From Amphiscolops sp. MND2022 (taxonomy: Eukaryota): a stretch of 64,000 nucleotides of DNA. Positions within the stretch are counted from its first letter, which is position 1. Every line of letters starts with the position of its first letter. Positions 1-9,800 of this stretch are shown one piece after another. Position numbers and translations under genes: made by a program. The notes under the pieces are model-generated. The model was given only the letters and a program-made list of their open reading frames with translations, was not told the DNA's origin and did no database searches. The stretch is taken from assembly GCA_964187785.1 (NCBI GenBank), contig OZ076410.1, positions 42,656,001-42,720,000 on the forward strand, given 5' to 3'.

Positions 1-554
1 TCAAAATCATATTAGATCTGAGGACTGGAAGTACTCATTTAGTAGTGTGACCGTATCAGGCCTTATTTCGATATCATAACAGCATTAGCATCGTTTTGAC
101 AACTAAGGCTAATTAGTTAATCAGGCCGTACTCGTTTTGTTCTATTCATTCAATAATAGCATAATATATCAACAAAATGCAATTAGACCGCCTAGGCCAA
201 GTGGCCGTGCCAGTCCATTCGATTAGTAAATGAATACATCATAGCAACTACAGATATGGCTAGAAAAGCTCTGACTGGCTAATTCGCCGTGTGCGGCTAT
301 GCTAGCTATACTGAACACACAAACATTTGAACTCCTTTCATTTTTGCCTCTCAGTATAGCTTGCTGTCAAATATTAACTGCACTACATATAGAAATACAT
401 AAATTGATTTACATGTGTTGAAATCGTTGAAAAATAAGTAGTGTTTTCAAGTTTATCAACAATTGCAGTTATATGGGCAACGTTTTGAGTAGGTCAATAG
501 GTAGGCTGTGGTCAATAGTGTAGAAATTACCATCGCAGGCTGCCGCCGGCGACA
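1..554 (-). repeat. 3' LTR of element A (U3 part, truncated by window edge)
   Basis: Aligns with ~14845-15385 (roughly 85-90% by eye), with similarity continuing to base 1. Starts TGTCGC on minus directly after a polypurine tract. Confidence 0.85.
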
Positions 555-1556
555 CTCCCCCTGGGAGGAGCAAAAATGTGCCGACTTGCATCCCTTCTAT
601 GAATGCTTTTTTGCGCGCCTCGATTTGTAGGGCCGTTTCCCCTGGAATAGCTGTCGTGTCCAAATAATATGATACTGCCTCTTGCTGTATCTGCATTGTT
701 GACTTTCCACAGATCACGCAGTCCGAGCAATTCACTAAGGGCCCAATTCCACTAAGCTCCATACCTTGGGAGTGATTTGTAATCCCGTCCAAGGATTGCC
801 GTCGCTCCGAATACTCGGTATAATCAGGGGAAAAACTGTTACTTGGTCCTCTTTCTTCAGGAGGGGGGCAACATAGGAGTGTCCACCAATGGAGTTAACT
901 TACTGCATAGTTTTAATGGGTGGTTATTTTGTATCCGGTCATCTCGCCTTATTGGTCCATTCTCACTTCCAAGTGTGAAGAAGGACTGATCTGGTATAGG
1001 TTGTGGACTGTGTTCTGACTCAGGCTCTCCGCATTTAGACGGCTTGTCCAGTAAGTTCGTGCAGTCCATTTTTGATGTAGAAGGCCCAGGACTGCTATAG
1101 GCCCCGATAACTGCATTTCGACGCACTGTTCCATCAACATGATTTCATCGTCGTATTCTTTATCTTCTGACGATAGTTGAAGATCCATTACAGACGTTGT
1201 ACTAAATCCGTCCATTTCCTCCTCTTCATCGCTGCACAAATAGACTAATTATATTCTTCGATGAGCAGCGCCACAGAAGTCTTGCGGGTATCTTTCAGCC
1301 ATATATCTCGTTTATAATAGATTTCTTGGAATTTTGTAGGAGATTGAAATCAAAATTTCAAATTTTTATTTTTAAGAGCCAACTGCACTTGTAGGTTTTG
1401 AGAGAGAGAATGACAATTTCCTTTTCTGCTTCTGTTTGAGATTTTCTTCAAGACTCGTAATTCTTTTCCCGGGTTTTCGTCTTTCTTCATTTTATTTTTG
1501 ATAAATTCTTCCAAACACCCTTTGATTACTCCGATAAGCCGCTTTGTTTACACCAT
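469..1556 (-). pseudogene. orphan ORF3 of element A (acidic, CxxCxxC motif), frameshifted
   Basis: ORF segments 949-1239, 857-1126 and 469-792 can be joined through frameshifts. Contains CSDCVICGK. Candidate ATG at 1556 (gcgATGg). Stop lies inside the 3' LTR. No family recognised. Confidence 0.5.
555..562 (-). other. polypurine tract (PPT) of element A
   Basis: Plus ctccccct = minus AGGGGGAG, immediately 5' of the LTR start TGT and exactly where similarity to the other LTR copy stops. Confidence 0.75.
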
Positions 1557-1684
1557 CGCTTCAGTTATTTGCCTAAGGCGGTGAGGAGACATCAATTACA
1601 AAATCGAGTGTTTATCTACTCTTGATACCCACTTGAGATCTCAAGAGGCGTCAATCAAGATTTAGGCCACGCGCGGCACATAGT

Positions 1685-1740
1685 CACGTCGGCCAATAGG
1701 AATCGTCTGCACATGCTTCTTTTCAAAATGGCCGATTTAA
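1685..1740. promoter_or_regulatory. internal promoter-like cluster (CCAAT box, YY1-like CAAAATGGCC) between ORF3 and the antisense gene
   Basis: ggCCAATagg at 1693-1697, CAAAATGGCCG at 1724-1734 and gtcacgtc, located between two divergent coding regions. Confidence 0.4.
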
Positions 1741-2383
1741 TAATAATAATCCAAAAAACAAAATGAATAAAAGAAAATAGTAATTGTAAAAAAATTGAAT
1801 TCATAAAAAAATGGATTTTTCGACCGACATAATTTCTCTAGAATTCTCTGGCAGATTCCACCTACAGAATGTTATCTTTAACTGTATAAATATTTATCAA
1901 ATTCAGTTTGCCGCCATCTCCAACCTTGCTTTCGCAATCATCTTTCAATTCTCCAAATCATCAATTGTTACGTCAATCATTTCTTTTTTCATTTCCGTAC
2001 TTTCAAGTCTCTAGTTAGTCGTATAGTCATTTTAGTCTTCCTTTCATTTTACTCTTCTTACTGCCAACTTTCCAGTATTTTATCACCTGCATCTTTTGAC
2101 CGTACCAGGACGGTGGAGACTCTACCATATCCAGCTGGAAATCCTTTTAGTGCCCTAACTACCTCCTTTCCTGAATTGGCGTTGTACTGGACTTTGAATC
2201 ACTAGTCTCAGCATCAATTACTCCTTCTGGACAACACTCAACTCAAGCTTCTTGCAAAAACAGGTTATTTATCTGGTCGTTGTTTCATTTTGAACGGAAA
2301 TAGGTTTGATCAGGACCTGTTCACGCTCGTATTGCTTCCTGTCATTTTGTCACCTGCTAAAATTTATCTCTTTCCGTTTAGAT

Positions 2384-5300
2384 ATGTCTAACGAAGAGAA
2401 CTTGCCAGAATCCACCAATCCGTTGATTGCCCCTGTGGTGAGAAACAAGAAGTTCTCCAAGAAGTGAATGAGCCGGAAAAGGGAACTCGGCCAGAACTCC
2501 AGGCGTCTAATTTAAGTTGTTCCACAGTTGAGAGCGTTACTACTTTCATTGAGCGGACACTCTCTCATTTTCCAACCTCCCAAACTGCACTCCTCGATCC
2601 CATATTCGAGGAACGTCTTCGTGGAGCTGCCAAGAGTTCTGAGTCGGATCCTTCACTGGTCACTGAGGTACCCCCGCCGACCACGGCCAATCCGGAAGTC
2701 GAAGAGACTCACTCAAAGGTTACTGATCAAAGAGCATTATACTACGATACTAGCGACTCAGACGAGCTGTACGATAGTTCTGGAGTTGATTTGCCCACCG
2801 CCAAACCAAGCACCTTCACCCTAGATCTTGACGTGTTTCCGGGTTTTGACAAAGAACTCCAACGTTCATCAGGAAAAATTGATGCGGAACAGGCTCTCTA
2901 CCGAGCCAAAGTATTCTCAACTGAAAGGAACTTGTCGCCATCTTTGAGAGAGGTGATCCGCAAATTCTTCACCAAGAACGTCCCAGTCGAACTGCCTGCC
3001 GAACATTCAACAGTTGCCTTCAGTGAGTCAGGTCCACGCTGTCTTGAGGTCTATAGCCGATGAATCCGTGCTTTCATCATTCCACATGATGAAGTCACTG
3101 TTAATGAAAGTAAATGAAGGGATTCCATTGGATAGGCGCCCTTCTCTAAACATTCCTCGAAGGTCTGCCACACCCGGTCCAGGGTACGAATCCAGTTCTG
3201 GAGGAGAAAGTACATCGACCAACAGCGGTGCAATTGACACGAATGAAGACCTATACAACATCGAAACAGGCTCCGAAGGTTGCCCACCCAATATCTCTGC
3301 TTCCAAGACTTTGGACATGAACGCAAGTGATTTGGATCCTGCTAGGGCACGAACTCCAAATTCGGGCAGTAGTTACAGCAACGGGGACAACTGTCCGTTG
3401 GCTTTTCTGTCTCAGGCACAGTCTCCTGTTACTGCCAAATCGAGCATAAACGAAGAAAAATGTTCTGCAAACCTGGTAAGGTCATGAAGGACGCTTACTT
3501 TAAAGGCAACCAGTAGACAAGAACCTTCGTCGCCGGGCCACTTGATCCTCTACACAATCGCTACAAATTTTACTGCCAGATATGTAAAACAAACATATCT
3601 ATTTATTCCAGAGGGGCACGGGAGATACTTCGCCACTATAAAACTCAGGAACATTTACGGCGGGATCAAAGGTGGAGGTAGGGGCACCAGTTCAGTGAAG
3701 TAGATGCTTCTACGGGGAAAGTGACGCACCAGGTCCGAAGAAAGGACGGGTACATATTCAGACCTCTACAGTTAGAGAAAGAGAAGCCGCTATTCATCGA
3801 CGCCCCCCTCGTGGACATTGGGGACAAATTCCCTTTCTTCGGCGATTTTGTGGCTACGTTGGGAGGGACATCCAGTTCAGATGAATTGCGTATGACGACC
3901 CAAATTTCTTTGATTGGGCTCTTTGTGCCACACGGAGGAGACTTGTCCTTGCTCAGGACTCTATGGACTCGATTTGGAGTCTTCACTAGCCATCAAGTAT
4001 TCTTCTCCGACTTTGCTTGGAGTGTTGATAATCTCACCGTAAGTATTGCTTTGGCTTCTCGGTCGGGCAGGACTTTTTTGTTAATTAGTTCTCTCAAGAT
4101 AAAACTTGTTATCAGAAATTTTTCCACCACATCTTCCTCTGCTGTACTGAAGATATCGCCGCGCTGATCACCACAGAAGGGAACTACTCGCTGGAGTGTG
4201 CAAGCCGTAAAGGGTTTTGTTACATGGCCGTCCGATTCTGGCGGGAAGATGTCATCCAAAGAGTGGAGTTATGTAGACATCCCCTTGCTTCAGCATATCC
4301 GGGAAACTTTTTTGGCTCAATTTCCCGTCTGTTGTCCTTCATCTCCGCAGGGCCTAATTTGGTGAACGTGTCCGGCTGTCCCCCGCCGCATTACAAACTC
4401 TTGATTTAAGTGGCCTATTCAAGTATTCCATCCAATACCCCTTCAGGTTCGAGGTCCTGTCGCTGCCACGAGTCATGCATCAAAAGTACGAGAGTCTTTT
4501 TTGGGAAGATCGACTTCTTTTCCCAACTCAAGTGTTTAACTGTGTTCCTTGGTAACAGTATCGGCCAAACTTGGATGTTCAACTGCCCCAACCTATCAAA
4601 GGTTAAGATCCTTTTCTTTCCATTCTTTTAACAGTAGGTTGACTGGGGTCTTGCTTGGGAAGGTGGGTGATGGGGTAATTCAGAGCTATGTATTGGCAAT
4701 AACTGTATGTTTTCTAGGCCATCACCGAATGCGATCTGAGTCTACAAAGTATTCCTGCCCTGTGTGGAGAGATGATTGCACAGTGGCTAAACATCCGCGA
4801 ATTCATGACACGTGAGGCACCCACCCAAGCAGGACAGGGAGCCCGTGGCAGGGTAAGCTACTCACTATTTAATTTGCTTTCCTTTTCTCAGCGAAAGTAG
4901 AAAGTTAAGACCACAGTTCTAAGGTCTAAATTAAAATTGACATTTTGTTTGCAAGCGAAAGTACAGTAGTCCCCCAAGTCCCCAAGTCCCAATTGGGTTC
5001 AGTATCAGGAGACTCAGTCTTGGTTTTTTATAGCCCAGAGTCTGGAGTGGATGGTCCTGATGGACGAATACTTCACTGTCAAATTTGAGATCTTTGGCCT
5101 CGTAATTCGTTTTCCCTTTAGGTCACTCTCAATGTCCTGGCATATCTACTCATGTGTGTGTTGTTTAGATAACAAGCGCTTTGAACGCAGTCTGTCTGGG
5201 CAGCCCGATGCTTTCTTCTTCACATTCGGGCAATTTTGTCGTTTCCTGCGGAAGGTCTGTTCTCGAGCAGTTCTCCACAATGTATTCCTGATGACATAAA

Positions 5301-6290
5301 GGGACTGGGCTAATATATTTGTGTCCTGACGATCTGAAACTGCACTCTGGTCGGGACTCCCTGAACCGTTCAAAGCTGACTACCGATGTGGATGCTGCTT
5401 GTAAGGCCCAAATCCGACAGTCTCGCAGTGATCCCAACATTAGCGCTGGTGATTTTACTACACTACTGGCTACTGAAAAAGACAGTTTTGCGGCGCAAGC
5501 CAGAGGTTACTTCGTCTTCTTGCTTGAGACGATGTTACGGGACATTCACCCTACCGCTGACGTTGTCCACGGACTAGTCTCCTTCGATCCTCGTGTGTTA
5601 ACTTCCTTGCCTATGAATCAAGTTACTTTCTGCTTTGGGGCTTTGTTTCGGACCTTTTGTCTACGAGGATGGGTACAACGTTCTTAGAGGCTGATTACCA
5701 AGATTAGTATGTGGAGTTTGTTGATTATTTTCGTGCTAGTTTCCCCCAGCCTAAGGACCAGCCAGGGCAGATGAAAGATGTGGTCAGCTTCCTTATTGCT
5801 CTTCCTGCCTTACGTAGTGGTAAGAATTTATTCACATGTTTCGACTTAGCTGCCTTTGCCTGACAGCGAGTGGAGCTGGTCTTCCAGCTATCAAGCTCCA
5901 TGAAGTGGATACCACTAAACCCAAATGCCGTTTTGTAGATATGCTCTTGTCTGCCCAATCTTGTTCAACAAACTGTTCGCAGTCTGTCACCTACTGCACT
6001 TCTGAGACCTCTATCGGTAAATTTCGTAATATAGACGGACAATTCAATTCTGGGCAGTTTTCTGGTGATCCTTGGAGGCACGTTGATTTTTTTAAAGGCC
6101 TCAAGCCTACTCCTGTCAAAGCCGTCACTTTACCTTCCCGCTGTTCATCAGTCTCGTCAATTGTAAGCCGAAATATCCTTCATGGATCTGGATAGGCCCA
6201 GAAGCTGGCTTTCTTTGGCAATATTCCTTCCTCTGAAGTTTCAAAGGCCGTAGAAGACTTAAAGGAAGTCAGTTTTAAAGACTATTTGTA
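2384..6290 (+). pseudogene. antisense cargo gene copy A: low-complexity N-terminus, CCHH zinc finger, hAT-transposase-like body; spliced, degenerate
   Basis: Translation of ~3540-3690 gives FYCQICKTNISIYSRGAREILRHYKTQEHLRRDQRWR, resembling N-terminal fingers of hAT-family proteins. YSLECAS..MAVRFW sits at the FSxxDE..VRY position. C-terminal RGYF..L..DP and LFTCFRLSCL segments. Colinear with copies at 45700-47867 and 60100-64000. GT-AG intron at 4039-4115. Confidence 0.65.
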
Positions 6291-6431
6291 CATTGGTGTA
6301 CATTCTGTGTTTTAGTTGTGAATCTGTGTTTCTTTTGTTTTGTTTGTCATGTTTTTATTCTGTCATCAGTGGCCAGAGTAGTCCCATTGAGATACATGCC
6401 GATTCCGGTTTCTAAAGAAAGAGGGACTCTA

Positions 6432-6826
6432 ATTTACGTTTCTGACTAGTATTTTATTCATCAGTTTAGTTGGCGGTGGGGTTAGGCCGAAGGTTATATT
6501 TCTCTCCTCTTGGGCAAGATACTTCCCTTTTCTTTTCATTTTCTGGAATATTTACATTGTCCGGTATTCCGGGGACGGGATTATCCTCCCCTCTTATAGG
6601 AGAGTATCTTGTACTATCATCAATTTCATTTACGTTTCTGACTAGTATTTTATTCATCAGTTTAGTTGGCGGTGGGGTTAGGCTGAAGGTTATATTTCTC
6701 TCCTCTTGGGCAAGATACTTCCCTTTTCTTTTCATTTTCTGGAATATTTACATTGTCCGGTATTCCGGGGACGGGATTATCCTCCCCTCTTATAGGAGAG
6801 TATCTTGTACTATCATCAATTTCATT
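6432..6826. repeat. tandem duplication, 2 x ~196 bp, at the 3' end of pol
   Basis: Unit starts atttacgtttctgac at 6432 and 6628; one mismatch seen. Duplicates ...EKYNL(R/Q)PNPTAN*. Confidence 0.95.
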
Positions 6827-9800
6827 GCGTAAATCGGTAGGCGGTAAATTTGGGTTATCTTGGCTAGTGTCCGTGCTAGGCCTTTTGATTTCGCTGCGTT
6901 GTTTGTTATTTGCAGTATTGTCGTTGAGGTCATTTTTGTCATACAACATAGGTGCGTCTCGGCTAATGGCCCTACGCGGCCTTGCTTCATTTTTATTCAT
7001 ACTGGTGCGTTCGTTCACTTCGGTGACGTCATGCGCGCCGCGTAAGATTATGCCGTCTCGGCTGGTGGCCGTTCCCGGCCTTATCGCGTCATCATCAGCA
7101 TTGTCGTAAATGACGTAAACACCAGTCGTGCCACTAGCATTGCTGCCTGGTGTTTGTGATTTTTCATTCGGTTTATCGTCCTTTCTCGGCTCGAAGACTT
7201 GGTAATCAAAATTGGCCTCCCATGAGATGGTATATAAGTCGTTTTGCGGAATGATTATTTCATCATCAGGCTGTAATTTCTCTTTGGAATAGTTGTCCTC
7301 CAAAGGTGTATTTGGAACAATTGTTTTCAGTCTCATTTGGTGAAATATCTGCGTCTTATTTGTTTTAACCGCCGAACAAAATAATTTTCATTAGGTAATA
7401 CCTTTTCCATTCGATAAGGACCAACCCAACGGTAGTCCTTGAACGGTACCTTTGAGCCTTGATTATCTGCTTGCTTTAGGTGGCAAAATAAAGCAAAATG
7501 CTTGTTCATTCAGAGGAGCCGTCTTGGCTTTTCGGGCATATTACTCCTTGTTTTTCAAGTATGACTGCATAATATTTTGCTTCGTTTTGTCAATGAGAAC
7601 TTGCGTTCTCTGTTGTAATTCTTCTGCAAATTCCGTCGTAGGCACGAAATCCTTGTTGGGATTGTTTCCGAGTTTATGATCTAGGACCGTTACAGTGCAT
7701 CTGCAAGCTAAATCGCCACAGAGACTTTTCTCTGCGTGTATGTCCTCCGATTCCGCAGACATTTCTTAAAGCGTGTAGAATTGGCAATTCAGCACTGATT
7801 TTGCGGAAACCACGCCACAAAAATCGGCGTTTTTCGGAATCCGAGGGCGTGGGTTAATACGGGAGCCGGTTTCAAATTGCGGAAACTGGGACCAAAAATA
7901 TGCCTACAAGTGCCGACTAAATGCCGCCAAATTCGTGACTTGGATTCCACAAAGTGCATTATAACCAATCGGAGGACTGTAATTTTTAGCGTCTAGTGAA
8001 AATTTTAATGAAATAATTGGAGTGAAACTTGGAGGTTTTTTGGTTCCAATTGTGGGTCAAAACGTGAAGCTTCATTTACCAGAAGTGTGTTTCCGAACAT
8101 TATCTTTTCTAACAATTTTCAATAGATTTCAAGAGATAAAATGCACAAACATATTGTAATTGTTCCGGAATGTAGGTGTACGAATTACTCTACTGAATAA
8201 AATTCTGGAATCTGAGACACGTTGCACTATTTGCTCTCTACATAATTGTCCCTATTCAGGCCTGGCATAAGTGGCAATTAATTGGCCCCATTAACTCGCC
8301 AAGACACAAAATTGCAAAAATAATATTTCAACTTCAAAGGAAGCTAAGGCAGTCGACATCAAAGGGGAATGAATTCAGTGCACGCGTCTCGGTTTCCGAG
8401 ATTTTGTGTCCTGATTTCCGCAAATCGATCAGAAAAAGCTTGCAGATGCACTGTAATGACATTATGGGGAGTCCGTCCATGGAAAACCTTGCTCGGTTCA
8501 CAACCAATACTGGAGTGGTAAGTAGTATAGTAGTTGAGTACAGCCAGTGGTGAGTATTTATGCCATTGACGGCGGTATTCCCCTGAGGCCATTTTCAAAT
8601 TTCTTTTGAGTGAGGCATGAGTCCTTCCAAGCTTGCCAATTGTTTGTGGGTGTTTAGTAGTTGCGCCTTTTAGTGTGATTCCGAGAAATTTTGTTTTTTT
8701 TTCTGCAATAATTTTTGACGTGAAAGCGGTTCCTTTATCAGTGATGAATGTAGTCGGCAGATAAGTGTGTTTTGTCATGATGTCCATCTAGACCTTTGCC
8801 GTGTTTGAAGCGGTAGCTTCAACTAACGGGTAGCCAAACAGATATCTAGAGAAAATGAACGTCTATCGCCGTCATTACGGTTTGGTAGCTTACACTTGTT
8901 CGCAGATTTGGTAATAAGTCAATTTGCATTGCGTCCTCTGGTCCAAGGTCCCATTCAGGCAAATTGAGCAATTCAGGAGTTATTGAGCTGTTTGGAACAC
9001 ATTTGTCTTTTGCACTGGTTTCGCATCCTTCTACCCATTTGTTTTGACATGTTTTGCTATTCCGGGGTAGTAGTATTTCTGGCGAATTTCCTGTAACATC
9101 ATAAATATTCCCGGTTTGTGCGCGGTTCCATGTAATGCAGATAAAAGCTCCATTTGTAGGTGTTTCGGTAAGAGTATCTGGTGGTGCTTGATTTGACCAG
9201 TTTTATCATAGTACTGTCGTGTGACTATTTCATCGTTGAGGACTATTCGGTCCAAATTGTTAAGGTAGTGTTTGTAGCGTATATCTTGTTGGAGTATTTT
9301 TTCAGTATAGTCTTCGTTCTGAATTTTGGCTTTGAGCTGAGGCAATATAGGGTCTTTGGATTGCTTGAGCTGAATTTGATTCGTTCTTCGCAATTTTTGA
9401 GTAAAGTTTGTGATTTCATCTTTTATATTTTCAGATATTGTGTCAATTTGAATTACGGCTTCTTGGCGTATCAGGTTGTTACGGCTTTGTTTTTTACGTT
9501 CTCAAATTTGAGTTTCTGTCTCGTCATCATGCTCTGTGAAGAAGACTTGTTCCTCTTCTTCTACGCCTGTTGATTGGACATTTACCTCAATGGGTTTAGT
9601 GTCTATATCTTTGCGGAATTTTAGGATTAGTTTTTCTTTGTGGTCCACTTTTATGCGAGATAGGTAGTCGGCCGCTTTATTGTTTTTCCCTGGAATATGT
9701 GCTATGACGAAGTTGAATTGTATTACATAGTCACATGTGTTCCAGAGTGCCGGAGGAAATATTTCTAGAATCGTGTGACCGATTTGTTGTCCGTAAGGAT

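Noticed and set aside
1-554. Repeat at 1-554 and 14845-15385 read as the 3' end of a 5'-truncated LINE or a segmental duplication
   Set aside because: The boundary is TG...CA with an adjacent PPT, a PBS lies at the far end of the other copy, and there is no poly(A) tail. An LTR pair fits better.
1885-1908. TATA plus Inr for the antisense gene
   Set aside because: Spacing of ~18 nt is too short, and the region is AT-rich, so it is likely chance.
2384-6290. Independent hAT DNA transposon insertions
   Set aside because: No TIRs or 8-bp TSD were seen, catalytic motifs are missing, and the position and orientation relative to integrase are the same in three diverged elements.
7691-8455. Tc1/mariner MITE with TA TSD
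   Set aside because: This model leaves 10 extra nt in the integrase, whereas the longer-TIR plus AC model restores HNVLDH exactly. It is not fully excluded.
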